Positions 37,002 through 46,874 of a stretch of 58,193 bases of DNA are shown piece by piece (the stretch's first letter is position 1; each line of letters starts with the position of its first letter). The position numbers and the translations under genes are program-made. Source of the stretch: a virus (Duplodnaviria > Heunggongvirae > Uroviricota > Caudoviricetes); IMG/VR virus record IMGVR_UViG_3300045988_132327, positions 1 to 58,193 of that record. One strand, written 5' to 3'. The notes under the pieces are model-generated. The model was not told the origin of the DNA. It did no database searches and saw only the letters and a list, made by a program, of their open reading frames with translations.

Positions 37002-37016
37002 ATGTTAGAAATTTAA
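37002..37016 (+). promoter_or_regulatory. operator-like motif ATGTTAGAAATTTAA
   Basis: intergenic between pro-like and RepL-like genes. Confidence 0.45.
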
Positions 37017-37029
37017 CTTCATTCAGCGG

Positions 37030-38028
37030 TTATGCCCGTCGCGAAACGAAGAGTAATGGGGTAGTATTTTTGCTCTCCTTCGGCGATAACTCCGGCTCTT
37101 TCTTGCCTGATATCGGCAAGCCATAAGTCGCATTTGCCCCAAGAGATTCAAGCATCGCAGCCACTATGCGGGCATCATCTTCAGACTGCATACGGCAGAG
37201 CGCCCGGCGCTGTTCTGCGCTGATAAAAACAGGCATTTCCTGGATAGCTTCACGCAAAATCCGGCGGCATTGCTTTGCATTTTCCCCCTGGCTTTCCATC
37301 ATCGCTGTTTGAGCGCGCAGCTTATCTCGAAGCTGTATGTTTTCCACTTCAAGGAGCATCAATTCTGATTCCAGGGCTTCACGATGTGCAGATTCGAGCA
37401 TGGCTTGCTGATTTTTCATTGCTGAAAAGTGGTGAACCAGATCCGTAGCAGCGTTATCGGTAAAACCTTGTTCGATAAGTGCTGCATGAATAGCCGCATC
37501 GCGCTCTTCTGCTGATTCAAGCATCAGGCTTTTCTTGTCGAGGCTGATATAGTTAGGCACAGTTACGTAATCAAAGCCGTGGAAAGACTTTACCAGGGAT
37601 ACCGATGAATCTGGACCAGATGTAGCCCACGACCAACCACCAGCACCAGAATTAATCATGCCCTGAACAATACGCCCGGTGTCTGTATCCAGTATTTCCT
37701 GCGTATGAGTAACAATGCCGTTGTCGTCAATCGAAATGTCGATAGTCCTGTTTGACGGCACGTTCTCCAATACAACAGGCTTCCCATCTACCATCACAAC
37801 AGAGACTTCCGGCAAGTTCAGGCTTTTCGTTTTGTTATAGTGCATCGCCCGGCGACCATGACCGTAATAACCATACATCTCACCCAGCGCGATACGCTCT
37901 TTTGTTTCTGGCGAGTTGAATGTGTCTCGTACCGACTGAATGACGTAATTTCGGTTGTTCTGCGGTGTGTGTTTGCGGATTTTCTCTACCAGGGAGAAGC
38001 GATCCGTAACAGTATTCAGTGATTGCAT
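37030..38028 (-). CDS. putative prohead protease/scaffold (Pro-like)
   Basis: 332 aa, adjacent to putative portal; C-terminal coiled coil; positional. Confidence 0.4.
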   Translation of the reverse strand: MQSLNTVTDRFSLVEKIRKHTPQNNRNYVIQSVRDTFNSPETKERIALGEMYGYYGHGRRAMHYNKTKSLNLPEVSVVMVDGKPVVLENVPSNRTIDISIDDNGIVTHTQEILDTDTGRIVQGMINSGAGGWSWATSGPDSSVSLVKSFHGFDYVTVPNYISLDKKSLMLESAEERDAAIHAALIEQGFTDNAATDLVHHFSAMKNQQAMLESAHREALESELMLLEVENIQLRDKLRAQTAMMESQGENAKQCRRILREAIQEMPVFISAEQRRALCRMQSEDDARIVAAMLESLGANATYGLPISGKKEPELSPKESKNTTPLLFVSRRA

Positions 38029-38041
38029 TATTTCCCTCCGG

Positions 38042-39724
38042 TTAATTGCTCATCACAAATTTTGCAAAGTTTATTAACTGTTCTGGCGTCCAGTTTTCCG
38101 GATCGTCACCGGACGACAACGGCGCGGATTCGTACATACCATGCTCGTTGTTTTGCTCTGATTCATTCGCCTTAAACTCTTTGATCATGGTGTTGAGAGT
38201 GTCATCGTCGATGTGCAACTGCTCAGTGAACAGATAACGCATAAACGCGTCGCTACCAGCCAGTTTCGGGTTGTTCTGGATCTGGTCCATAATTTGGGAG
38301 ATGACAGCAACAAAGTTGGCGCGTGCATCCAGTTCTCGGTTTTCCTCTTCCTGGATAGCTGTGTTCATTGAGTTGAATTGCACGTCATAAGGGCGGTTTG
38401 TTTCGGTGTAAACCTTGCCGTATTTATAAGCGAGGTGAATGTCCAGAAGCCGATAAATAGTTCGCTGGGCGGCCTGTCTGATCCAGTTCGCACGCAATGC
38501 AGCCTGGATAGCAGTTTGCTGCCAGCCGCCTTCTCCAAGCCCTCCGCTCATCTGATCAGCCCAGCCAAGCATTGTTGCGTCAATGCCGAGGCTTGCAGCA
38601 AGCTGCCGGAGGTGAAACATAACGTCTTCGATACCACTGATATCTGCGGGTATGGATTGCGTATCAATGGTGATGCCGTTCTTCCCGTCTCCCATAACAG
38701 GTATCAGATGGTTAAGCACAGTCGGAATAGCGTTGGCATTAATCGACCTTTGCGCCACCAGGTCACTATGACGCTTCAATGCCTGGCTGACGCCACGCGT
38801 ATAGTTCGCCGCATTAACCGGGTCCAGTGTGTTCGTCGTAAGAGCAATCAGGCGGTCAATTTTGGCTGCATTATTTCGCGTTGATTTCAGCGCGGCGAGC
38901 GAAGCACATAAATTAAGGTAAGGTTCATAGCTGTATTCCAGGAATGAAGTTCCGTAATTCTGCGTCTCCATTAACGGCTTATCAGCCTGATCACTTAACA
39001 GTGAGTACCCTTTTGTGCCGTAGCTAACCGGAATAACTTTATGCTGTGGCGTCCAATAGGGATTTTTCATGGAAACCAGATTCCACGGTTCGGTTATTAC
39101 TCTGCGCAAACTATGCGTATCCAGAATGTAATCACCACTGAAACCTACCAGCTGGCTACCACGATAAAACTCCTGGACGAAGTGTGGCAGAGTGTAATAA
39201 CTGGACTCAATGCCTGTTATCCCCCTGCCCTGTTCAGCATAAGGTCGGACATAAGACACCCCAAAGATCGCCATAATCATGGCCCATGAAGGAAGTCCGT
39301 CATTAATCATCGTCCCCAAATCAGCGGTTAACTCTTCACATCTACTTACTGCCTCGGCATCGGAACCATCCTTTGGCGAAAGGATGAATGCTTGTCCGGT
39401 TTTTTTTGAAGGCGCAAGCGCATGTGCAATGTGAATATTTAAAGCCGTCGAGATAGTCGGGCTTTTAGCCATCGTTTCCAGGATGTTGTACTTTTGCAGG
39501 CGGTCGCCGGGCAGTTCTGCCGAAATTGATACTGTATCTGCCGCGCTTGTCATGCCATCGCTATTGCCACCCAGTATCCCCGGACGTAAAGCGGACAGAC
39601 CAGAACGCGCAACGACACTATGACCGCTCGTAAAAACGACCGGATCGGCAGGCGTGACATCGCCACTGTTGAAGGCTTTCTTCAATGCCGACAGAAAGCC
39701 TTTGTTTTTGTCTTTCGTTGCCAT
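38042..39724 (-). CDS. putative portal protein (Prt-like)
   Basis: 560 aa; positional analogy to P1 prt-pro pair; no motif confirmation. Confidence 0.45.
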   Translation of the reverse strand: MATKDKNKGFLSALKKAFNSGDVTPADPVVFTSGHSVVARSGLSALRPGILGGNSDGMTSAADTVSISAELPGDRLQKYNILETMAKSPTISTALNIHIAHALAPSKKTGQAFILSPKDGSDAEAVSRCEELTADLGTMINDGLPSWAMIMAIFGVSYVRPYAEQGRGITGIESSYYTLPHFVQEFYRGSQLVGFSGDYILDTHSLRRVITEPWNLVSMKNPYWTPQHKVIPVSYGTKGYSLLSDQADKPLMETQNYGTSFLEYSYEPYLNLCASLAALKSTRNNAAKIDRLIALTTNTLDPVNAANYTRGVSQALKRHSDLVAQRSINANAIPTVLNHLIPVMGDGKNGITIDTQSIPADISGIEDVMFHLRQLAASLGIDATMLGWADQMSGGLGEGGWQQTAIQAALRANWIRQAAQRTIYRLLDIHLAYKYGKVYTETNRPYDVQFNSMNTAIQEEENRELDARANFVAVISQIMDQIQNNPKLAGSDAFMRYLFTEQLHIDDDTLNTMIKEFKANESEQNNEHGMYESAPLSSGDDPENWTPEQLINFAKFVMSN

Positions 39725-39907
39725 GAGTCACCGCGAAATGTTTTCAGTTTGCGGCAGCATAATCAGTATGTGATTTTTGATGATGGATCTTTTCAACTAG
39801 AAATATTGGCTGGCCCCTCTCGTAACAAAGTGAAGAATAAAACTTGAATATGCACATTGTGCGCATTAAGATTGAAAAAGTTGACCACTTTGCTGCGGAG
39901 AAATCCC

Positions 39908-40210
39908 ATGAAAAGCTCTTTAATTAATTCCAAATTACACCAACTTGCTATCAAAAATCGAGTTCCTGCATGGTCGGTTTACATGCATATCAGCCGCGCA
40001 TGTCTGAGCAATGAAAACATTTACAATCTGCAAATTCTAAGCCGGGAAGGCAGGACTTTGTTTAGCGTTGCAGAGGATTCCTATAAGGCCTGGGATATGC
40101 TGGATGACGCGTTAAGCCAATACGCGCAAACAGAAGAATGCCAAAAAGAATGGGCCAGGTACTGTGATGAAGGGATGCCATGCTGCGGTCTATTCGGCGC
40201 AGCTCTGTGA
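39908..40210 (+). CDS. hypothetical protein
   Basis: internal ATG of ORF 39857..40210; 100 aa. Confidence 0.35.
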   Translation: MKSSLINSKLHQLAIKNRVPAWSVYMHISRACLSNENIYNLQILSREGRTLFSVAEDSYKAWDMLDDALSQYAQTEECQKEWARYCDEGMPCCGLFGAAL

Positions 40211-40222
40211 ATCGATTCAACG

Positions 40223-40486
40223 ATGATATACTTCGTTGCGAATCACAGCATTGGCAAAGGGCATATTGTGAAACAACTCCCACCAAACACCCCGGAAACT
40301 ATAATTGAAATCCGCCAGCGAATGGGGCTAACGCAAACGGAGTTAGCCCACAAAATGGGGTATCAACTCCGGGCTTGGCAATTCAAAGAAGATAGAAATA
40401 AACCGAGACGCCTTATGGCTGGTGAATTTGAGTACCTGTTATTGCTTGCTGGAGAGCATCCTGAATTTATTCTTACACCACGCTAA
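40223..40486 (+). CDS. XRE-family HTH transcriptional regulator
   Basis: IIEIRQRMGLTQTELAHKMG HTH signature. Confidence 0.55.
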   Translation: MIYFVANHSIGKGHIVKQLPPNTPETIIEIRQRMGLTQTELAHKMGYQLRAWQFKEDRNKPRRLMAGEFEYLLLLAGEHPEFILTPR

Positions 40487-40507
40487 AAAAACCCGCCTGA
40501 CGGCGGG
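40485..40507 (-). terminator. rho-independent terminator
   Basis: cccgcc-tgac-ggcggg with T-run on minus strand; between convergent genes. Confidence 0.6.
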
Positions 40508-40520
40508 ATTATCAATCATA

Positions 40521-40814
40521 TCAATTCACATCAATGTCTTGATATGATTCGCCAGTATCGTCTTCGTCGTCAGGATCTCCTTCCACCTCTGGCCACTCAA
40601 CCTCCCAGCCAACAGTTTCCAGGCTCCGCAGAACAAACACCCCATCGGCATGAATGGTATTCACGATCCCCATTGCGGAATTTGTGTTGATAAAGCGTAA
40701 ATCTTGCGCAATATTTTCTTCCGAAATATCGCCTTCAAATATACGCAATGTGCCGTCATCAGAGCATTCAACAATCCCTCTAATCCCAGCGGGACTCACA
40801 ATGCTATACTTCAT
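40521..40814 (-). CDS. hypothetical acidic protein
   Basis: 97 aa, Asp/Glu-rich C-terminus; last gene of dar-like operon. Confidence 0.4.
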   Translation of the reverse strand: MKYSIVSPAGIRGIVECSDDGTLRIFEGDISEENIAQDLRFINTNSAMGIVNTIHADGVFVLRSLETVGWEVEWPEVEGDPDDEDDTGESYQDIDVN

Positions 40815-43800
40815 TTTGCAACTCCTTCATACATCCCAAGAAAAATTCCAGCACGCCGTCATTGTTTAATACAGAGTTAGTCGCCTGCTCCGGATCGGCA
40901 TACATCTGCAAGGCCATAGAAAAAATCTCAGTCGCCCTGCAATTGCTTAATGCAGGTGGCTTTGATATAAATCTGCCGCTGACAGAACTTACCGTATTTT
41001 CCATATAAATTTTAGACATATATCCATGACTTAGGTCGGTTCGCACCAAATACTCAGCACTGCCACGGCTACCAATATTATGATAAGAAACTTTACCGTT
41101 AGTTTTTGATTTAATGAAGGCTTTGGCCCTCTCCAATAGATGGGGATTTGAATGTTCTATATGGTGACCTATTTCATGCCATAATACACGCTCGTGATCA
41201 CTATTAGCATCAATTGTTATATTCCCATTTCGACTTGTAAAAGCACGAACATTGTTCTTGTGGTTAATATTTTTTAATGTAGATAAAGTCCCTCCTGAAA
41301 TAATATAGGCTTTTTCAATCGTCTCGCGAATACTGTATGCTTTACGGGAGAAAGTTTCATTATCGTGACCACTTAACTGCTCTGCTTCATCAGAAATAGC
41401 AATCCCACGACTCCATTCCTTAGACTGGTCATGTGACACATTTGACGATTCAAGAATCATGTCAAATGCGGCTCTGACTTTTTTATGTACTACATTTTCA
41501 AGCGCATTAGGATAGGCTTTTTGTCCACGTGTTAATGAAGCTATTTCATATAGTTCTGCTTGCAAGTCTTCCGGTATGTCCAGATTAAAAACAAGCATTT
41601 TTTTCAGATCATATCCAATCCCATGATCATTCTGGTGCAAAACCTCAGCAAGGTAGTCAGTGAGTTTTTCCTTATTTGACCTAACTTTATTGATTTGTTC
41701 TATAGTAAAGTCAACACGCTCCTTGATTCCGTAATATGAGGAATGCTCTGCTAATTCCACTATCTCCTTAAGCCTGACAAGTGTCTCAATATACGCATCA
41801 GCGATCTCCTCTGCCGTTAGTTCAGAGCTAACTCCGACACTGGCTGTTATTTTCCTACCAGCCGCCATAATATCGTCGATATTATGCAAGCTCTTTTTGA
41901 ATAACTTCAAAGTATTTTGGATTATGCACACCATCTCTTCTGCGCTTCCAGCTTTATTCATTTCCTTTCTAAATCTTAAAGCTGTTTTCTCTGCAATAGA
42001 CGCTGGAGATTTTAAATAGTTACCTAACCAAACAAGACAACCATTGCGCAATTCATCAATACTAAAGTCATCAGGAATATGTTTTGCTGCATTATGTAAA
42101 ACACGTATAAATTGTTCAGCGGGCACGCCTTCTTCTGATATGTTGCAAAACGTTTCAATATCACAATCAATATTTCTTTCATCTGCGAGCGAAGGAGCTT
42201 CATCTCCTTTTTCAATCGCGTCACGCAGTGCGTTAGCATAAAAATTGCTGCGTTGATAAGACAATAACATCGTTGTTAACACAGCGTCGCTGTATCCATA
42301 ACGTTTAGCCCACTCCTTAATCTCATTAACGGTGACATTGCGAATATAAAAACCAAGTTCCAAAAATACATTGCGCTTTATTTTTTTTGCGGACTCCTTA
42401 ATTTTTTCTGACACCTTCACGATTCGGATCAAGTCCTCCACGCTGGTCGCATCAGCAATTAGCTTTGAAATGTATGGTTCGACATCTCCTGAAACCGATT
42501 CAAACATGGCGAAATTAAGCCCTTTACCTTCGCCATACTCAGCCTCAATTTCATCAGAAACGGCAGATAAAATGCTACGCAGATCGACATCTCCGCCGCC
42601 GAACATATCGCCTAACGCTTGTTGCTGGTGAATAAGTTCATCGTTAATTTTTTGCGCCAGTTTCTTGAAAGCTGCCCCCATTCGCTTAGCGCTTCGGTTG
42701 TTGGCAACAATAAACAGAGCAAGCGCTTCTGCTTCCGGAGTGCTATCTCCAAACAATCCACGCTGTGCGATCACCTCTTCTACTGCCTGACCGTTATCTT
42801 TTGCTTCACGAACAAGGTTAATTGCTTCCTGTAGCGCGGCAATAGCCTGTTTATCCAGACCATTCAATTGCTCTATACCGTCTACCAGTCCGGTTACCGT
42901 GTCATGGTGAACATCACCTGAAAGCGACTGCATTTGCGCAAAATCGCTGGCTGCCGTATTTAATGCGGTAAGAATGTTACGCATTTCCGGATCTGGCTCT
43001 TCCGCCACCAGCCGAACAAGCCTTTCATCCTTGTACGCTTTGGCAAAAATTGCATTCTGGATGCGGTCGATAAGTTGTTTCGTTGGACGCCCATCGGCAG
43101 TAAGCAAACCTGCCGTCGCCGTATCACCTATTTCGCGCAAAAACGCACGAATAAACGCATCATTGGACCGCGCCAGTAGATTTCCATCATCTGAAGGATT
43201 AAATAGCGCCATGACGCTCTCAGTGAGAAATTGCGCATCCGCATACGCTTTTTCACTTGCAGCCATCTCTTGCAGATCGCTGATGTTTGAATCACGGGCA
43301 AATTGTGCGCGGTCTACATCTGTGAGTCTTTCTCGCACCAATACGGGCATAGACATTTGTGAAATGTCGTCAGGATTCAGACCAAACTCTTTTGCATGAT
43401 CGATCAGGTACTGGCGATATTCATCCGCCTGCCCTTGCTCATAGGCACGCCAGATACCCATGCTCCTTCCGTTGCCGGATTCAACAACGTTGTCCGGACC
43501 AACTATCGGCGCTCCGTGGCTGCTCATGCCGGAATCCGTTAATTGTGCCGGGCGTAAATTGGAGGCAATACGGTTAACCTGGAGTTTGCTTGATAGCCGT
43601 GTACGGTCACGTGGCTGGAGTTCTTCCGGGAAGGCCGGATTAATCGTACCGTCAAGGTTGTTCGAAATGATCAGACTGCTGGCATCAACGACCTTAAAAG
43701 CCGTCTTTACCTCTGCCCCTTTACTGGTGACTACGTAACTACTGCGCCCCTGGCGTGTTTCTCGCCTCTCTAATGAAGAAACCAGCGCAATAACACTGTT

Positions 43801-43845
43801 AATGTCTGCTGCTTCGGATAGCGCGGAAGTAACTGACTTGTTCAA
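40804..43845 (-). CDS. large virion-associated protein, DdrB-like, with C-terminal HExxH zinc-metallopeptidase motif
   Basis: 1013 aa; WHEIGHHIEH encoded at 41152..41181; position downstream of darA-like gene. Confidence 0.5.
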   Translation of the reverse strand: MNKSVTSALSEAADINSVIALVSSLERRETRQGRSSYVVTSKGAEVKTAFKVVDASSLIISNNLDGTINPAFPEELQPRDRTRLSSKLQVNRIASNLRPAQLTDSGMSSHGAPIVGPDNVVESGNGRSMGIWRAYEQGQADEYRQYLIDHAKEFGLNPDDISQMSMPVLVRERLTDVDRAQFARDSNISDLQEMAASEKAYADAQFLTESVMALFNPSDDGNLLARSNDAFIRAFLREIGDTATAGLLTADGRPTKQLIDRIQNAIFAKAYKDERLVRLVAEEPDPEMRNILTALNTAASDFAQMQSLSGDVHHDTVTGLVDGIEQLNGLDKQAIAALQEAINLVREAKDNGQAVEEVIAQRGLFGDSTPEAEALALFIVANNRSAKRMGAAFKKLAQKINDELIHQQQALGDMFGGGDVDLRSILSAVSDEIEAEYGEGKGLNFAMFESVSGDVEPYISKLIADATSVEDLIRIVKVSEKIKESAKKIKRNVFLELGFYIRNVTVNEIKEWAKRYGYSDAVLTTMLLSYQRSNFYANALRDAIEKGDEAPSLADERNIDCDIETFCNISEEGVPAEQFIRVLHNAAKHIPDDFSIDELRNGCLVWLGNYLKSPASIAEKTALRFRKEMNKAGSAEEMVCIIQNTLKLFKKSLHNIDDIMAAGRKITASVGVSSELTAEEIADAYIETLVRLKEIVELAEHSSYYGIKERVDFTIEQINKVRSNKEKLTDYLAEVLHQNDHGIGYDLKKMLVFNLDIPEDLQAELYEIASLTRGQKAYPNALENVVHKKVRAAFDMILESSNVSHDQSKEWSRGIAISDEAEQLSGHDNETFSRKAYSIRETIEKAYIISGGTLSTLKNINHKNNVRAFTSRNGNITIDANSDHERVLWHEIGHHIEHSNPHLLERAKAFIKSKTNGKVSYHNIGSRGSAEYLVRTDLSHGYMSKIYMENTVSSVSGRFISKPPALSNCRATEIFSMALQMYADPEQATNSVLNNDGVLEFFLGCMKELQNEV

Positions 43846-43939
43846 AATACACTCCCCTTACATAGAAAGCAGGAAGTGTAAAAAGTGTGTGATTTATGGA
43901 CTTACAGGAAAGTGAAAGGGGCATTTCGCCCCCTTTTGA

Positions 43940-44308
43940 TTACCCGGCATAACCGTTGGCTTTCACCCAGCTTATGGTCTGTTCTTTAGCCTGCTCCAAC
44001 GTAAGGAACTCGCCAACATAGTTTGAGATCCCACGCAGCGCATCAATAAATTCCATTTGTGTGGACTTTGTGAACACACCGCCCAGGAAGTCAGTCACTA
44101 TCTTAGGGACTTCATCTACAACAGGATCAGTCTGTTGTTGCGGTTCCGCTGCCGGTTGCGCGGCAGTCCCCAGGCCCAATTTCAGCATCACATCAACAAT
44201 CTGCTTACCAATGGTGACGCGTTGCAATACTGGCGCAGTTTTCTGCGCCTGCATTAGATCTGATAGCTCTTTACCTAATTTCAGGCGGTCTAAAACAGAG
44301 ATGGTCAT
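43940..44308 (-). CDS. DdrA-like small protein
   Basis: 122 aa, between darA-like and ddrB-like genes. Confidence 0.35.
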   Translation of the reverse strand: MTISVLDRLKLGKELSDLMQAQKTAPVLQRVTIGKQIVDVMLKLGLGTAAQPAAEPQQQTDPVVDEVPKIVTDFLGGVFTKSTQMEFIDALRGISNYVGEFLTLEQAKEQTISWVKANGYAG

Positions 44309-46245
44309 TAAGCACCTCCCTGCTGAATTTCAGCCAGAATGTTGATCAGGTAGTCAACTGCTGCACCCACAGTGGCTTCGTTCTCGTCGTATCGACCTGC
44401 ACTGATTAGAGCGTTTGCTGCTTCCTGCACATGATCAAGTTCAGCACTGATGACCGTCAGATCGCGGGATGTAAACTGCTCCGGCACGGATTTCAGGTAC
44501 TCCAGCGCTTTATCTGCCTCCTGATCAGCTTCACTTGCTGATTCACCAGCTTCTTCTGGCTCCGGCTCCTGTTCTGGTGCTAGTTGTGGTTGTGATTCCG
44601 GCTCAACCACATGCTCTGTTTTTACTTCGCTTGAATGATTTTGAAGGGCGTTATACACGTCCATAATGAAAAGGTTCTCCCCATCACCAAGTGGATACGC
44701 CACATTTGGAAACGCTTTGCGGAAAAGAATTTTCACTTGCGCCTTGAATGTTTTCAGGTCACTGCCAAACAGGTCTACATAGCCATCAATATGTTTCGAC
44801 ATGCTGGACACAACCAATTGGCCTGCAAAATCTTTCAGCTCATCTTCATCAGGAAGATAGAGCAACTCGTACTGGCTGACTTCTTCATCTGTCAGTTTAC
44901 GGTCATACGTAATGATACCGTGACGAGCATATTCGTAATACTGATCAGCCTGGTCAGGACGATCAAGCACGGCTGTATTTCCATCCGGCACCGCACCAAC
45001 ACCCGCCGGGCGCGATTGAAGAGCATAGCGGTATTTGCCTACATGCTGAGCATCTTGCGGAGATGCTGGTTGTGGATCAGAATCTTGTTGTAATTCTGGC
45101 TGTGACTGAACAGTTGGCTCCGGCTGTCCTGGCAACACATCTACTTTGTATTTATCAGCATTATGTTCTCGATAGGCTTTAAGTAGTTTGGTTGCCGCGT
45201 CTGCCAGGCTGCCACCTTTGACGTCACCGACATCAATACTGAAATTACCTTCTGGTGCCGCGATCGTAACGAAGCTATCACCATCTAACGTCACATAATT
45301 TACAACAGCGCCGTTATCCAGCGTAGTTTTACCATCAGTGGCAAGGTTATGTTTTACGTGTCGAAGTTGGTCATTAAAAGTTCTTTCTTTTGCTTTATTC
45401 TTTTTATAAGACAGCAACTTATCTCGTTTTTCCTGCAACTCTGCGTTAAGGACTTTCTGTGCATCAAGTTGTTTCTGCATTTCCGCGAGGGCATTGCGCT
45501 TTTCTGTCAGTCCACGCTGCGCTACTTCCACCCGATCAATCATCATTGACCGTTCTTCAGCCAGCTTATCAGCTTCATTGAGATAACTCTCAATATCCGC
45601 CTTCATTTTGTCCTGTCGCTCTTTTGCCTTCTTGAATTTTGGGCTGTTACGCTCAATCAAATTAGAAAGCGCCTGGCAAACCTGGCTTAAAGAAACATCT
45701 CTCCCGCCGATCGGGGCAACAACGTGAGTTACGTTACGCTTATTAAGTAAAAACTGAAATGCAACCAGTTCATCATTACTCTTGATTTTCGCGCCATCGG
45801 CGGTTGGAGAGTGGAAGATGATACTTGTGCTTTGCCCATCAGTCAGTGGTATCTGTGCTGTTAAAACTGGAATATTAGCTACGCGACGAACACGCCCGAT
45901 AATTGCTCCGCCAATACAATTCCGACCATTTTCATCCGCCCCGGCTTCATCAGTTCCTGCTGATATATTCGTTCCATTCAAGCCACGATTTAGCGCACGC
46001 ACGAAAGCCCGCATTGTTTGTGCAAGCCTAATTCTGGTCGTAGTAATGGCCTCAAACATAGCTTCGTCGGACACAACAAGAATTTCATTGCCCATATAGG
46101 CAAGCTCGATATCTTCTAATGTAGCCGCTTCAAAAATCAGATCATCTTCACTTAAATCCTCCGAAGACCAGCGGCTCGGTGTATAACCAGGAATCGTATC
46201 AGCGAAAGTAGATTGAATATTGATCCGTATGGGATTCTTAATCAT
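44308..46245 (-). CDS. darA: DarA-like antirestriction/head protein
   Basis: 645 aa (P1 DarA about 639 aa, recalled); downstream of lydA-lydB-like genes as in P1. Confidence 0.5.
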   Translation of the reverse strand: MIKNPIRINIQSTFADTIPGYTPSRWSSEDLSEDDLIFEAATLEDIELAYMGNEILVVSDEAMFEAITTTRIRLAQTMRAFVRALNRGLNGTNISAGTDEAGADENGRNCIGGAIIGRVRRVANIPVLTAQIPLTDGQSTSIIFHSPTADGAKIKSNDELVAFQFLLNKRNVTHVVAPIGGRDVSLSQVCQALSNLIERNSPKFKKAKERQDKMKADIESYLNEADKLAEERSMMIDRVEVAQRGLTEKRNALAEMQKQLDAQKVLNAELQEKRDKLLSYKKNKAKERTFNDQLRHVKHNLATDGKTTLDNGAVVNYVTLDGDSFVTIAAPEGNFSIDVGDVKGGSLADAATKLLKAYREHNADKYKVDVLPGQPEPTVQSQPELQQDSDPQPASPQDAQHVGKYRYALQSRPAGVGAVPDGNTAVLDRPDQADQYYEYARHGIITYDRKLTDEEVSQYELLYLPDEDELKDFAGQLVVSSMSKHIDGYVDLFGSDLKTFKAQVKILFRKAFPNVAYPLGDGENLFIMDVYNALQNHSSEVKTEHVVEPESQPQLAPEQEPEPEEAGESASEADQEADKALEYLKSVPEQFTSRDLTVISAELDHVQEAANALISAGRYDENEATVGAAVDYLINILAEIQQGGA

Positions 46246-46874
46246 GCTTCATCCTCCAGACGCGCGATTTCTTCTTTAAGCGCACGCGTCTTAGCTTGTT
46301 CCTGAGACAATGCCGCTTTAACGTTATCCGCATCTTGCATTGCCTTGTCTGACTTGCTTTGGATCTTAGCCAGTTTGTCGTTAGCATTAGCGATATCTTC
46401 ACGAAGCGCATCACGTGATTCTTTCGCTTCAGCTAACTTCTGAGCGTTGGATTTAACCCCTTGTCGCTTCTTATTTCCTTCATCAATATTTTTTGCTGCA
46501 CGAGCAAGTTTTCGAGCTAATGATTTCTGGAAAGATGTTGCTCCGCGATTAAATAAAGCCGCGAGAGACTGCCCCAAAGCCGCCATTGTTTTTACTGGCT
46601 TGAACGGTACTGTTTTACCGTTCAGTTTTATCCCAGATATATCTCCGGTATCGTTAACCTGGACTTCCATTGTCTGTTCATCAATACCAACAAGGGTAAA
46701 CGTGCGTGTCATGATCCCATCTTTCTTCCTGCCATTGCTGGCAGGGATCACCCTCGCTATCTTGTAACCACCTTTGCTGATTTCTTTGACGAGTTTTGCC
46801 AGTCCCTTTTCGTTTAACTCATCATAATTAAGAAGAACATAATTAGCCTTATTCGACATTCCAGTCTCCTTCAC
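46242..46874 (-). CDS. Hdf-like protein
   Basis: 210 aa, coiled-coil C-terminus; upstream of darA-like gene. Confidence 0.35.
   Translation of the reverse strand: MKETGMSNKANYVLLNYDELNEKGLAKLVKEISKGGYKIARVIPASNGRKKDGIMTRTFTLVGIDEQTMEVQVNDTGDISGIKLNGKTVPFKPVKTMAALGQSLAALFNRGATSFQKSLARKLARAAKNIDEGNKKRQGVKSNAQKLAEAKESRDALREDIANANDKLAKIQSKSDKAMQDADNVKAALSQEQAKTRALKEEIARLEDEA

Noticed and set aside
866-37016. Identity of the 15-bp motif with the known P1 C1 operator
   Set aside because: The recalled P1 operator consensus ATTGCTCTAATAAATTT does not align convincingly with RTGTTAGAAAAYTAA, so it is reported as operator-like with a different specificity, not as a P1 C1 operator.
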